Below are positions 1-14,250 of a stretch of 64,000 nt of DNA, in pieces. The position numbers and the translations under genes were made by a program. This DNA comes from Lama glama (lineage: Eukaryota): assembly GCA_028534125.1 (NCBI GenBank), contig CM052817.1, forward strand, positions 79,982,001-80,046,000, given 5' to 3'. The notes under the pieces are model-generated. The model was given only the letters and a program-made list of their open reading frames with translations. It had not been told where the DNA came from and did not search any database. Within the stretch, counting starts at the first letter, position 1; every line of letters starts with the position of its first letter.

Positions 1-789
1 TCCCATTTGCCAAAGAGGACAGTTTTCCCTAAAAGGCGTATTGGTAAATAAAATTTCCTCCATCTAACTTCACGTATTAGGTTGGCATTTAAATTCCACT
101 TAAAAAGGGGGAAATGAGTTACACGTAGAAAATGCACAGCTTGCTCCTACAGTGCCGTACACAGCAGAGCCACTTTAAAGCAGCGTTTTGCATACTAGTT
201 AGAGTAGAAAACGTATGAAAGATAAAACTCAGTGTTGGGGAGCGTGTGGGAAAGCGTGCATTTATATACACTGCTGGAGAGAATGCAAATTGGCTTAACT
301 TCAAATTGTTCTCCTACAAAAATGTTAATAGTAGTATTACGAAAAATGGAAACAAGCCAAATATTCCACAATGGAGAATATTTAGACAAATATGTTAATG
401 TGATGGAATGAATAGTGGACTACTTTTACTTCAACACATAAACAAGTTTATAAATAGTGATAAAGTAGAAACAGAACTCAAGATAATATTAACTTTTTAG
501 CTATGTGAAAACAGTAACAATGATTGGAACCCTGAAGAATGTAAATAATTTCAGTTCTAACTACTAGTCATAATTATTCTATCTTGTATTATATCTTTCA
601 ATACACTAAGACCAATTTATTCAAGTCTATTTGAGTTGATTCTAATAGTTTGAACCATCTCCCAAAGATTTTCTTCCTTTTAATATTGCTGTAAGTCAGA
701 TTTTTCTAATGCATTAGTTGAATATAGGAATAAATTAGATACCTTCAAAAGTTTGTTAGTGTGTGACAATCTAAAAAATTTCTGACCAG

Positions 790-1140
790 CACTGCTCAGA
801 ACTATCTAGGTTGTGACAAAACAAGAAAAGTCTGAGAAATAGGCATAGAGGAGCCCAAGGAGACATGAGGACCGGAAGTAATGTGTGCTCCTGGCCGGGG
901 TCCTGGAACAGAAAGAGGACATTGGTAAAAATTCAGGAAATGAGAATAAAATTTGGACTCCAATGAATAATGATGTATCAATACTCACTTATTAATTGTG
1001 ATAAATGTACCATCCTAAAATAGGATGTTAATTATAAGAGAAACTAGATGCAGGCTATATGGGAATTCTCTGGGCTCTTTTCGCAATTTTTCTGTACGTC
1101 TAAACTATCCTAAAATTAAATTTTTATTTAAAAAATATAT
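790..1140 (+). mobile_element. Ancient L1 3' UTR fragment (L1MC-like)
   Basis: Motifs aagtaatgtgtgctcctgg..tcctggaacagaaagaggacattgg and ttgtgataaatgtacc..tctaaactatcctaaaa are typical of L1MC 3' ends. Confidence 0.6.
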
Positions 1141-1974
1141 TAGTACATTCGGACAACTTTAACACCATCAGTAACGAAAGGTACCCTTCAGTAAAGAGAA
1201 TGGTACATTATAAGAGCTGAGGATGTAGAAAGTACTAGACAAACCACTGTCCTTGTCCCAGGGGTATATGAGCTGTCTCCAACAGGAGCAAGTGATAGGA
1301 ATACATTCCAAGGGCACGACGCAAACTCTAGTTTCTAACAAAATGTTTTTACTTACCAATCTGTAAAGTTGTTACTATTACACTACAATATGTAATGAAG
1401 TCTATTCATATTATTTTGAGGATTCTTTTCCTTTTCTGAAAATTGTTTTTCCTTTTCCATTCTGTCTGCCATTTTTCTTCGCAATTGCATTTTTAAAATG
1501 TATTTTTAAATTTAAAACATGTAAAACATTTTAAAACATTAAAAAATTAAAAATTTTAACTTTAAAAAATTTCCCAATATGTTTGTCTGGTGATGTGAAG
1601 AAGATTCTTTGTATACTGTTCACTACCAATGAGAAGCAAATTGGCAGTTTCAGTCTGTTGACAACATTGAGACTGGTTTGATGTCTAAAAAAAGTAGACC
1701 TGTTTTCCGGTGTTAACCTCAGAGTGGGAGGTGGAAAAGGCTGCTTCCCAATAGGTTTCCATTTTGGACTAGTATGAAAACAAAAGACATGAGGCCAATG
1801 TAGTACATTTTCTTCTCATCCCTCTAACTAAATTATACATTAACACAGTTTCTTTTTAATGCATTAAAAATGTTTTAAACTAGCGTTTGTGTTTTCTTAT
1901 TTAAAAGCAGTAGAAACCTCTGTTAATGAAGTCATTTATTTTCTTAGAAATAATTATTGGTTTCCTGCAGCATT

Positions 1975-2320
1975 TCTGAAACTGTCTTGTAAGAAGCACA
2001 TGGGCCACTTGTCAAAATGCAGATTTCCAGACCCCACTCTCTCAAGATTCTAATTCAGTATGCCTCAGGCCCAGGGGATTGTGTCTTTTTAACTAGAGCC
2101 TACTTCTAGTCAGGTTAAAACTTCTAATTAGTTGTTTGTAGTAGTTCTTAACCCTGGCTACGCGACAGAATCATCTGGAAAAATTTTGAAACTACTAATG
2201 CCCCAGCCTACCCGTTCTGTACCCTCAGAAGGTCATTTGTTTGTTTGGGATGGGCCTACACATCTGATTTTTAACTCTCCCTGGTTGATACTATTGTGCA
2301 GCCGGGTTGAAACCACTAGT
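1975..2320. mobile_element. Two adjacent MER5-like (hAT-Charlie) MITE relics
   Basis: aaaatgcagattt/gattctaattcagta motifs and gtagttcttaaccctggct...ggttgaaaccact termini. Confidence 0.65.
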
Positions 2321-3221
2321 GTTGTATATGGAACCGAAATTAATTAGAAAAACCTGTGCTTCACTCCCCTAGGCTCTATTCAAAAAGGTACTAGCTACTT
2401 AACACAGTAAGTATGTGGATCTCACAAGCAGAACACTGAGCAAGACAACTAACAGGAACAGGGTGTGTGGCAGGGGGCTGAGGGGGCCAGGATGGGGCAG
2501 GGGCGGTGGTGGTGGAAACGCTGTGGAATTAGATGGTAGTGACAGTTCCACAAAGTAAAGAATAGAGGAAAAAGCAAAAACAAATCAAACACTGAAGTGT
2601 ACACTTTTAAGTGGTGAATTTTATGTTGTGTGACTTGTATCTCAATTTATAAATAGACTAAGAAAGAGAGAGCAGACGGTTTAGCCATTTCTGTAAATTT
2701 CAAAAACAGGCATGTCTAAATGAAAGCATTAGAAGTCAGGTCAGTGGTTATCTTTGGGGAGGCAGAAGGAGGAGTGTGATGGGCAAGGAGAAGAAGGAGG
2801 GGCCTGGAGTGCTGGCAGGGTTATTATTTCATGACGTGGGTGGTGATTACCGGGGAGAATTCACTTTGTGATCGTTCATTTTTGTGCTGTGTATTTATGA
2901 TATGTGGTTTGGGAAAACTGAGTTGTCAAGAGATGTTTAAAAGATATTCAGGTTCCTCCACTGGAGAATACAGGGAAGACTGAGAATCTATCTCAGCCTA
3001 TGAGAAAAGCAAGGCTGATGGGACAGAAAGATAACATTTGACAGCAGAGGTCATTTAATATTAGAATTGTTTACCAAAGATGCTATAGAATCTCTGTCCT
3101 CAGAACTTTCTGAAAATCGGCCTTGCTGTAAAATCAGTTCTATTTGGGGGTGGCATCTTGTATTAACTGGCTAGACAATATTTTGAAACAATCCATTTCT
3201 TTGAGTCTACCTTTATATTTA

Positions 3222-3351
3222 CTTTTGGTGGAGGAGGGGAGGTAATTAGGTTTGTTTATTTATTTATTTTAACAGAGGTACTGGGGATTGAACCCAGGAC
3301 CTCCTGTGTGCTAAGCATGCATTCTACCCCTTGTGCTATAACTTACCCTGC
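3222..3351 (-). mobile_element. tRNA-derived camelid-type SINE (Vic-1-like)
   Basis: Reverse complement carries ggtcctgggttcaatccccagtacctc (B box), an AAAT-rich tail and cctaattacctcccc. Imperfect TSD (tacctttatatt / taccttttatt). Confidence 0.85.
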
Positions 3352-5077
3352 TATGTTTACCTTTTATTCTGGGAAATTCGAACTCCTATAACAGGATACT
3401 TGTTGAAGAGAATTAGCTAATTTATGCATTTTTAGTTACAGCAAAACTTGTAATCGGTTTTACCAGTTATCAAACTGAATTTCCCCACGTTCAGTTTAAT
3501 TTTCTTCCATTTGTATTGTGGCCAATAATTTTTTTTTAATTGCTATTAGTATGCTGACAAGCCTAGACTCTCCTTCCTTTCTATTTTGCTTATTGCTTTT
3601 CCAGGCTCTATGAATTTGGTTGTTTTCCACATTCTTTTTTCGTATCCTCCAGAGTTTTATACCTCTTTTTGTATTTCTTTAGTGCTACTCATACTTCTAA
3701 GACTTTTGGTTTCCAGAAATGACTACAGTATTGTGAGGTTCTGGAAAATGTTCACTTCTTTTTGCAATAACGTTTATGGGCTAAAACCGTATGGTTCAAC
3801 ACTGACTCGCCTGGCTCCAGGGTTACATCTTTAGAATTGAGTCAGTTTAGCATTGCCACTGGATTTCATAAGCTCTGTTTGCATGCAATCTACTTCCTTT
3901 GAAATCTGCTCAAAAATTTCCAGAACTCCTTATTCCATTAGCTACTTGTAGACTGTGCCTTCATCTTCCTACATCTAACGCTTTATTTATTTTACAAGAA
4001 AACAAACATCATTTTAAATTTGCTTTGTTCTTGGTTGTTCTAATCTTCCTGAGGAGATCACCATATTGTAAACACTCATAATATTAGCCAGATTCAGAGA
4101 TAATGAGAATTTTTTCGTAACCCTTAATTTTTCCGATTGTTTCTTCATTCATTGACAAATCCTATGTCAACTCTTCATTAATGCTGTTATTTGTTTTCAC
4201 TTAAGGAAAATAAAATCACAGAAAGAAGAGTACATCTTGTTTCTTAGCTACTAACCAGATATATATAAAACATCTATTTAAATATATGTATATATACACA
4301 TATAAATATCTCCCTTTATTGAGGACCAAATCCCTGTGGTAGCCATAGATAATTTTCTAGCTGGAAGGAATTATACAGATTCTTTCCTCCTCTGATCTCT
4401 TCATTGATAGATAAAGAAACTGAGGCCCAGAGAAATCCATATATTTAGTTGCTAATAAAGCCATTTTTCTTCCACAATTCAGTTTTCTTTCACAATTTTT
4501 TAAAATTTAATTTGCATCTTCTTTTCAATATTTTAACATGTGGGCACACTGAACCATTATGGCTTTTTTTTTTTCCTCCTGTTTAATTTCTTTAAAACTT
4601 TTTGTTAATCATTTAGCTCCTTTTTGGTACCAGATGTTCAAGCTAACTATTTCAGCACCATTTAATACATTATTATATATATTAGCACAACTTGAACTTC
4701 CTTAGAGCAAAACATTCTTCTTTGTTACTGTTGGTTTTTCATATATTGTTTTTCCTCCACCTTACTGAATTTTCCAAATGTAACTAGTCCAAGAAAAGAT
4801 CCATCCATTCACATTCTCATATTCTATTTCCTTTTTTAGATACCCATTGGATAATAACAGCTGACAGATATTGAACACCATGTTGATTGTTCCCATTTTA
4901 CTGACAAGATAACTGAGGCAAAGAGATGTTCATCATGGCAGAGTGGGATGAGACTTAGGCTTCCTTATTCCAGATCTAGTATTTAATTTTTATGTATTCC
5001 CTTAATAAATTCAACTTTTATGTATTTCATAATGCTCATTATGTACTTACCTATAGAACTTGTGTATAATTTATAAA

Positions 5078-5645
5078 TTTAGAAAGGTAAAGAATTCTCC
5101 TCATCTAAAGAGAGGCCTGGCCTTTTCCCTCAGCTCCCAGGAGATGATCTCTGAGCCTTCGGAATGTCCTGTCTGATAAGAGTGTCTGTGTTTACCTGGG
5201 GACCTCAGGCTACACTGGATAGTTTAACAATGTGGCTTATGGTAAGGTCTTTCAGTCAAGTAGTATCCGCTTGACGCTAAAGGCATGGCCAAGCCCCAGT
5301 AAAACTCTGGACACCAAGGCTCAGGTGAACTTCCTAGTTGGCAGTACTCCAGTGTAATGTCACCCATCGTCAGAAGTTAGTGCCGTTTTTGAATCTACCA
5401 GGAGAGGACAGTTGGAAGTTCTATCCATGGTTCCTTCCTAGAATCTGCCCTATATGCCTCTTCCCTTAGCTCTTTTTAATTTGTACCCTTTCTCTGTAAT
5501 AAATCATAACTGTGAGTGTAACAGCTTTCAGTGAGATCTACAAGTTCTTCTAGTGAATTATCAAACCTGAGAGAGGTCGTGGGGACCACCTGAACTTGCA
5601 GTTGTTGTCAGAAGTGAGTGTGGTCCTGGGGGCCCCCAAACATGG
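5078..5645 (+). mobile_element. ERVL-class solo LTR (MER77/MER21-like)
   Basis: aaagagaggcctggcctttt..ggaatgtcctgtctgataagagtgtc, then aataaatcataactgtgagt and gaattatcaaacctgag motifs. Confidence 0.75.
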
Positions 5646-6199
5646 GATCAGAACAGTTTGGAGCCCATTAGTCTAGTCCAGATAAGCAGAAATTATTTAT
5701 TTTCTTCTTAAAGTTCTATGGAGATGTAAATTTCTTCAACGATCTATATTATGCTGATGGTAGGAATGTAAAGTCACTTAACGGCAATTATCAATAAAGG
5801 TGAAATTTCACCTGCACTAAAAGTATGAGCCTGTTTCCTTTTTTAAAAATCTCCTTTGGTTATTTTGTTCTTATCTTCCTGGTTCTTTGGACTGTGTTAA
5901 AAATTCTTGAAGGCGCCATCCCTCTAAAACTTTTTCCTGGCTGATCCCATAGACTCAAAGGCCCCTGAAGGCTGAGACCACAATTTATATTTTTAGTCCC
6001 AACACATAATACAGTGCCTGAGTTTCCTTTGTTAGGAGAAAGAACAAAATCATTTCTCTAATGCAGAGACAGTATTAGAGAAGAAGGCTGATTTCTAGTC
6101 CCTGGTTTTTTATTAGCTTTGTCAACAGTGAGCAAGTTACTTACCTTCTCTGAACCTCAGTTTCATCATCTGTTGAGCAAAGAATATGGCGTTCTTTTC

Positions 6200-6405
6200 T
6201 TTTTTTTTTTTTTTAACCTTTTCTTTAATTGAGTTATAGTCATTTTATAATGTTGTGTCAAATTCCAGTGTAGAGCACAATTTTTCAGTTATACATGAAC
6301 ATACATACATTCATTATCACATTCTCTTTTGCTGTGAGCCACCACAAGATCCTGTATATATTTCCCTGTGCTACACAGTACAATCTTGTTTATCTATTCT
6401 ACATT
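6200..6405 (-). mobile_element. Short young L1 3' tail
   Basis: Poly-T then aattgagttatagtcattttataatgttgtgtcaaattccagtgtagagcac, shared with the copies at 22.9 kb and 59.0 kb. Flanked by ttcttttc on both sides. Confidence 0.8.
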
Positions 6406-7046
6406 TTCTTTTCAAGTGAACTCTTACAACAGAAGCCCAGTTGAAGCCCGAACAGATTGAAGAAGCTATGGGAAGGCCCCTGGGCCCTCTCCTGCTCAAA
6501 GTCTTCCCTCAAACTCCCTGTTGGTCCCCCAAAGCCCTGCAGGGTCCTGTGGCTCTTTAGAACAGCACCAGAAACTCCCTGGGATAGACAGTTTCTCTCG
6601 TCCTCTTAGGCTCTAAAACGCTGTATTTCAAAAGCGTTATCAAAAATTTTTTTATAGTATTATCACTCCAAATGTTAATTAATGACTGGAAATTTTGTTG
6701 GACTCATAGTTTTGCTTTGTATTTTTAACATGATGTTTACATTGTAAAACAGATTCAAGTGGAACTCTTAAAGAGGTGGAACAAAGGACAAAGTAAATTG
6801 GAAGCCAAATTTGTCTTTTTCCTTCTTCTTTTCCAACTTAAGTCCAGTAACGCTAAACAGATGGTGAGTAGTTAACAAGGCCAAAAACCTTCAATGACAT
6901 GGGTGCTTCATTTTGTCAGGAGGCTGCCATTCTTGGTCTGCTGAGAAAAGAAGAAATCATTACATGAGAGGCAGTTATGCAAAGCTGAGTACTGAGCTTT
7001 CTAAATGCTTTGGAAATTGTTTTGCAGTTAATCTTACAGTTCATTG

Positions 7047-7148
7047 ATAAAACCCAAACTTGGATTGAGAAAGAACAACATTTTGTGTTGTAACTACATA
7101 AAACCCAAACTTGGATTGAGAAAGAACAACATTTTGTGTTGTAACTAC
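7047..7148 (+). repeat. Perfect 51-bp tandem duplication
   Basis: ataaaacccaaacttggattgagaaagaacaacattttgtgttgtaactac at 7047-7097 and 7098-7148. Confidence 0.97.
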
Positions 7149-7351
7149 AATAAAAATTTACATAGAACTTAATTTCATTTAAATCTTACAACTTCATGAG
7201 CAGAGTACTAGTATATTGTCATTAATAATACTAAGAAGTTCAATATATTTACTATTATTGTGATCAGTAATATATTTGAACTTACATTGACTTATCTTTT
7301 CTGTGTTTATTCACCATGCATTTTCTTTATTTCTTGTTTTCTTCTCCCCTG

Positions 7352-9000
7352 CTTTTTTTTATTGAGGTACAATTGATGTACAATATTATGTAAATTTCAG
7401 GTAGACAACATAGTGAGTCACAATTTCTAAAGGTTATATTCCATTTACAGTTATTGTAAAATATTGGCTCTATTCCGTTGTTGTACTATACATCCTTGTA
7501 GCTTCTTTATTTAATATATAGTAGTTTGTTCCTCTTAATCCCATACTCCTATCTTGACCCTCCTCCTTCCCCTCTTCCCACTTGTAACCACTAGTTTTTT
7601 TCTCTATATTGGTGTATCTGCTTTTTTGTTATTTTCACTAGTTAGTTTTATTTTTTAGACTCTACATTCAAGTGATTATTATATACTATTTGCCTTTCTC
7701 TGTCTGACTTATTTCACTTAGCATAATACCCTCCACATCCATCCATGTTGTTGCAAAGGGCAAAATTTCATTCTTATGGCTGAGTAGTATTCCACTAGAT
7801 TTTTATACCACATCTTTATCCATTCATCTGTCGGTGGACACTTAGGTTGCTTCCATATCTCAGTGATTGTAAATAATGTTGCTATGAACATTGGGGTGTG
7901 TGTATCTTTTGGAATTACTGTTTTGGGGTTTTTTTAGGCAAATATCCAAGAGTGGAAATGCTGGATCATATGGTAGTTCTATTATTAGTTTTTTGAGAAA
8001 CCTCCATACTGTTTTCCATAGTGGTTGCTCCAATTTGCATTCTCACCAACAGTGTAAACGGGTTTACATCCTTGCCAACATTTGTTATTTGTGGTCTTTT
8101 TGATGATAGCCATCCTGACAGGTGTGAGGTGATACCTCCTTGTGATTTTGATTTGCATTTCTCTGATGAGTAATGATGTTGAGTGTCTTTTCATGTGTCT
8201 GTTGGCCATCTGTATGTTTTATTTGGAAAAATGATTATTCAAGTCTACTGCCCATTTTTCAATGGGGTTGTTTGTTTTTTTGATGTTGAGTTGGATAAGC
8301 TGTTTATATATTTTGGATATTAATCCCTTATTGGTCATATCATTTGCAAATGTTTTTTCCCATTCAGTAGGTCATCTTTTTGTTTTGTTGATGGTTTCAT
8401 TTGCTGTGAAAAAGCTTTTAAGTTTAATTAGGTCCCATTTGTCTATTTTGTCTTTTATTTCCTTTGCTTTAGGAGACAGATTTTTGACAATTTATGCAAA
8501 GAGTGTTCTGCCTATATTTTTCCTCCAGGAGTTTTATAGTGTCCAGTCTTACATTCAGGTCTTTAATTCATTTTGAATTTATTTTTGTATATCATATTCT
8601 AATTTTATTCTTTGGAATGTAGCTGTCTAGTTTTCCCAGCACCACTTATTGAAGAGACTGCTTTTCTCCATTGTATATTCTTACCTTTTTTATCATAGGC
8701 TAATTGACCATAAATGTGCATTTACTTTGGGCTCTCTATTCTGTTCTATTGATCTGCGTATCTGTTTTTATGCCAGTACCACAAAATTACTATAGCTTTA
8801 TAGTATAGTCTGAAGTCAGAGACAGTAATTTCTCCAGTTCTGTTCCTCTTTCTTAAGACTTTCTGGCTGTTTGAGGTCTTTTATGTTTCCATACAAATTT
8901 TAAAATTTTTTGTTCCAGTTCTGTGAAAAATGCTCTCAGTAATTTGATAGGGGTTGCACTGAATCTATAGATTGCCTTGGGTAGTGTGGTCATTTTAACA
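7352..9000 (-). mobile_element. 5'-truncated L1 (ORF2 C-terminus + 3' UTR), degenerate
   Basis: Minus ORF 7985-8209 ([31 protein letters not shown]) is L1 ORF2. T-run (poly-A tail on -) at ~7352. Confidence 0.93.
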
Positions 9001-11759
9001 GTATTCTTGCTTTCTTCTTTACTGTTACTGCTATTCTTTCTTGTCTATTATCTATTAGACAAGAGGAAGGTTAACATATTATTTCTGTTCTTTTGAGTGG
9101 TTACTCAACTTTTAATGTGCAAATTTAAGTTAATAAAATTTAATTGATACATAATCCTTTGACAAACAAGCAAATACCCTTAATATGCAATTGGCTTTCT
9201 CCCATACTTATCCCTGAATAGATGTCTGGGGTTTCTGGGCCCCTTTTTATGGCTGAAAGATCATTTCTGAGCCTTTCAGACCCCTAGGTTTATGAAGGAA
9301 CCTCCGTCCAGCACCTAACATGCGTGGGGCCATACATAACTTCTTCCTCCTGTTATTAGAAATCCCCAGTCCTTTAGTTGTACATCTTGTTCTAATGCCC
9401 TTGTGAGTGTTTTTAGCTCTCACTCCCTCTCTACATCTTAGCTTCCTTTTTTATCTTTATTTCACTGTTCGGATAGTTCCCTTTCTTATATTCAAGGCTG
9501 TTTGAAAACTTTGTGGAACAAGTAGATCACCATTATTGGTCCAATCCACCATAATAACTGGAAAGCCTCAGAGGCACTTTGCTAACTCCTTTCAGATGTG
9601 GAAGCAAGCATGGAGAAGTTATGACTAGCCTATGCTACTTTTGAAAAAGGATAAGCACATTTTACTTCAGATCTTATAACCCCAAGTCCAATATTATTCC
9701 CATAATGTTGGGGTTCTTCCTTTTCCCCCTCCTCCTTCCTTATCCCCTTAAGTCATTCCTAGATTCCCATTGACTCATAGCACACCAGTCTCATTTCACT
9801 CTTCCAAACAAAGTCCTGTGAGTCATTATGGTCCCAGAAGCTTTAGCCCTGTTTTTACCAGGATAAAATTTTAGAGCCACGTTAAGCACTTTTTTCTAAG
9901 CCTGTATCAGGGAACAACTAGAGCACTAAGGCCTTAGACGAATCATGAATATTGAAGCTTACTTTAGTCCTCTGGCTTTCCCCTCTCATAGCCTGATACA
10001 AAGCCCTGTGAACCTTGCCCCCTTTATTCACAAGTCCACACCTTGCTTTTACCCTCACAAATAAGAACCAGTCTCTGGACTCCTGTGAACCATGCATGGG
10101 AGAGTTTGCATTCATAGTCATCTATATCATTGGCTTTTGAAAAATTACAATCTATGCCATTTTTTAAAGTACATTCTTTCTTTGAAGAATTATTCTCATC
10201 TTCATTATAACAAATATTTCCACTGCTTCAGCTCACACTATTCCAACATGTATCTTCATGTTCACTATTCATTCCCTGTACATTTTTTTGAGTGTTATTC
10301 TGTGCTAAGCCCTAGAATCACAAAGATGAAGGAGGAAGTAATTACACAGGAAATCAGTGAGGCCATAGTCACATGCAGATGATGCTATGGATCTGTAAGG
10401 AAGGAGCATTTACTCCCTTGGAGATGGGAAGGGCAGGGATAGAAAGAGGCAGCAGCACGTGCAAAGGCATCAGAGTCAGGGTAGCTCTGGGAGCCAGCAA
10501 GTCTGTCTGGGGCTGGGGATCTAAGATAGGAAGGAAGACTGGCAGAGAGGAACCCAGGGGGTGCTGTCTGCCCCAGGTACAGGCATTTATGTTTCGTGTC
10601 TGAAGTATTGGGCAGCCTTGGAATAATTTTAAGCAGAGAAATGGATTAAAGTAGAGAAAGCTGGACCAAAGGTGACGCATGGGATAATGGTAACGCCTGG
10701 CTTGTGGTTGGCACTCAGTGAATGGACGTCAGTTAAATTGTTCTGTTTTCATTCATGGATGACTACCCCGTCCTCATATTGGCCTGCACACACTTAATAC
10801 TCCAACTGTGGAAGAATGAATTATGTCTGTGTCATGTAGAAACTAGTTTGGCTAGACCACTTTCACGCTAACATTCCACATGCTCTAATAGCCTCTTGTA
10901 AAAATGGGCTCATTTAGTTTGCTATTTGCTTGGGGCAGAGGAGCACTCTGTGTGCCCAGAGTGGGCAGAATCCTTGCCGAGGTTTTGAACTCAGGATGTG
11001 TTCACAGGTACTTTTTGGTTACTGAGAACCTCTGTTATTTTATTTAAAATCAGGTTTTTTGCTTTTCTTCTTACTCCTTCTAATGCCCACTGGTTTATCT
11101 TTTAAGGACTCTATTTGTATTCAGATAGTGAGAAGAATGAAAGAAGAAAACAAGCTAATTTGTATAAACACTTCTGGAGTAGGAATTTTCACTGTAAGTT
11201 TCCCTAAATTCTATGTGTTTCCCCAAAGACTTTAATATCAAAAGTGTATTTATGCACTTCTGAGAATCAAGTTCTTTTGTAGAGAAAATATGTTTCACCT
11301 AAATTTTGTTTATATGGAAAAATATGTACATAGTAGAGAAATTAAATTCCCATTATTACTGATTTATTTTTATGACTTTTTTTTCCTTTGTGGAGAGTTA
11401 ACAATGACCCAAAAAAAGAGAACTCATGAATTTTGTCTTAAATATTTCAACTACTTGAAACAATTTACACCAACTATCTGTCTACATTTTCACTGACATA
11501 TGAGTTAATGTTTTACATATTTGCTGTACCTTTTCATCTGTGCCATCCCTGGCTATCTTTTCAAAGCATAGGTTTTTCATTTATTGAGATACATTTACTG
11601 ATGGTACAAATGAACTTGTAAAGGTTGGTTAGGGGCTTGGATGACAAATAATTGAAATGTTTCCATGTGTTCATTACTGAAGATGAAACTTGGGATAGGG
11701 TGGGAAGCAGAGATTTACCTTATGATATATACATATATGTATATATTAAATTTCTAAAT

Positions 11760-12890
11760 TTACAGTAATTAAAACAATATGATACTGGAATTATCAAATA
11801 GATAAATTATCAGACAGATCAATGGTGAAGAAAAATGGCTTAGCAATAGACCCTATTATATTACAAAACTCTAATATGATGAGGCATTTAAGTTCAACAG
11901 AAATGTGATATTCATATTCCAAAAAAATGAACCTTGATCTATACTTCACATCTTATATAGAAGTTAACTTAAAATGGATCATAGACCTAAATGTAGAACA
12001 TAAAACTATAAAACCTTTGTAAGAAAACATAGAAATCTTTGTGTCCTTGGGTTATGCTAAGAATTCTTAAATATGACACCAATTTTAAAAACTAATAAAT
12101 TGGACTTTCACACTTAAAAGCTTTTGTTCTGAAAGCTTTGTTAAGAGAATGAAAACAAGTCACAGACTTGGAAATGTGATTTGTAAATTACATATTTGTA
12201 CCAAAAAATACTAAAAACTCAAGATAATTAATTGTAGTGATTATTACACAACTCTTTTGAGTGTAGTATAAACCATTGAGTTACATACTTTATGTGGTGA
12301 GTTGCATGGTATGTAAATTATATCTCATTAAAGCTGTTGTTAAGAAGTGGAGGGAGAGTTTGACCACCAATGGGTAGCACAAGGAAACTTTGTTTTTGGA
12401 TGATGAAGCATGATTACATAATTTTATGCATTTGTCAAACTGTACAGTAAAAGAATAAATTGTACTGCATGTAAATTTGATAATAAATTTTAAAACTTAA
12501 AAAAGATTCATTGGAGAAGTTAAGGTTTACAAAATAAACGATGCTGAGAACATTCATTAGCTAGTTAGGAAAAAAATGTACTATCTATTGAAACAAATTC
12601 TTGGAAGGACTGAAGAATTAATTTTTTTGTCATAGAAAATAAAAGGAGATATTTATCAAGACTTTGCAGTGGGAAGAACTTTTTAAATTAGAAAAGATGA
12701 AAGGAAGTGCTGAATGAAAACATTTACAAATTTGACTATATAAAAATGTAGAAACCTGGATATCAGAAAGCCCCCAAAGTAAATGAATTGGGAAAACTGA
12801 TATTCAACAAGTATGACAAAATAGTCTTCACTACATAAAGAACTCATATAAATCAATCAAGAAATCACTTAAACCTTAATTGGTAAAACA
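11760..12890 (+). mobile_element. Old fragmented L1 (L1MD/ME-like) ORF2/3' remnants
   Basis: tacagtaattaaaacaatatgatactgg and aaaatggatcatagacctaaatgta..aaaactataaaac motifs. Confidence 0.7.
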
Positions 12891-13104
12891 TACAATTCCT
12901 ATTTAATTTTGTAGTTACAATTTTTATTTTCCTCTACTATAGCTGTCATTATGTCCTGTACATTTTGAAGGAGATTGAAAGAGGGAAAATGTAATCTACT
13001 TACTCATACTTAAGAAAATGTATCAACTCTTTATCTCACCTCAACTACAGAAATACAGTTTTGAAATTTTTTTAAAATTCTTTGTGACAAGTTCTTTTGA
13101 TTTC

Positions 13105-13700
13105 ACTGCTGACCTGTGCCGAGCACACAGCAGGCAAGGCCACAGCCGAGACCTACCACATTTGACCAGTAAAGACAAAATGAGCCCTTTTTAGCTTTAG
13201 ATAGTTTATTACTTACATCAACAACGAAAAGAAGATGAGCCAAAGTGCCAGTTGCTCGTGGTCCTTGTTCCACAGACCAAAAACAATGGCACTGAAGCAA
13301 AAGAGCCAGGCGATTGCAAAGCAAGCTGCAGTGTACTCTTGCCAAGCAGGGACTTATAGATTGCAACCAGAGGTGTTATAGCTTGCACTTTGTCTCATGG
13401 GAGCGAGGCTGACCTCTTCAGACCCTGAAAGGCAATGAGAACCTGTCTCACATCAGTCTCCCTGACAGGCGGAGAAGCGGGTGAGAAGTGTCCTGGTAGC
13501 AGCTCCTGCAAGCCTCCGTGCTCTCATGTTCCGGGAATATTGTTAGGAGGACCCGCCAGACTTGGGACAGGCTGCAGTCCAAACCTGGCCCCATCTGGAT
13601 ATGTGCACGGTCACCAGGGTACCATGGCAGAGCCATCCGCCTACAACTCGCTTACCTCCCCAATCTGCAAAGTCACTCATCTCTTCCAATCCGCAATGAT
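13105..13700 (-). mobile_element. Probable ancient ERVL-type solo LTR
   Basis: GC-richer ~600-bp island. On the minus strand a TATA-like ctataagtccc is followed ~120 nt later by AATAAA (tttatt 13205-13210). Family not identified. Confidence 0.45.
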
Positions 13701-13829
13701 GCTTTCTTCATTTGCCCCCTTCTGTTTGTTAGGTAAAGCTATGTGATTTATCTTCATAGAACTTATTGATTGCCTATGCTCCTTACTTCACTACCTTTTT
13801 CCAAATTATGTAATATTTTCCACTATGCT

Positions 13830-14250
13830 ACTAGGAATAAGAAGAAAAAGTATGAGCTTTGTCATAGACCACTCCAAAACTTAGTGGCTTAAACCAACAA
13901 CCGTTTACTATTTCTCTTGGTTCTGTGCATTGGCTCAGTGCTTCTCTGCTGGCTTTGCCTGGGCACACAGCTGGAGGTCAGCTGAGCTAGAAGGTCCAAG
14001 AGGGCCTCAGGAGTGTATCTGGTAGTTGGTGCTGGCCATCGGTAGGGTAACTTGGTTTTCTGGTAGCCTCTCATCCACAGTAAGCTAGACTGGCTGCTTG
14101 TGTGTCAGTCTCAGGACAGTGTTCTCAGAGGACCAAGGCAGAAGCTTAAGATCTAACTTGAAAGTCACACAGCTTCACTTCTACCACATTCTTTTGGTCA
14201 AAGAAAGTGATGAGAACAGCATAGATTCAAGGGGTGGGGAATAGACTCCT
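13830..14250. mobile_element. MaLR LTR (MLT1-like)
   Basis: ccaaaacttagtggcttaaaccaacaacc and cacttctaccacattcttttggtcaaag..attcaaggggtgggga motifs. Confidence 0.75.

Noticed and set aside
1..800. Possible 3' end of the syntenic upstream gene BBS12
   Set aside because: No BBS12-like coding sequence recognised, and a UTR cannot be assigned from sequence alone.
7047..7148. Possible CRISPR-like repeat
   Set aside because: Two abutting copies without spacers in mammalian DNA.
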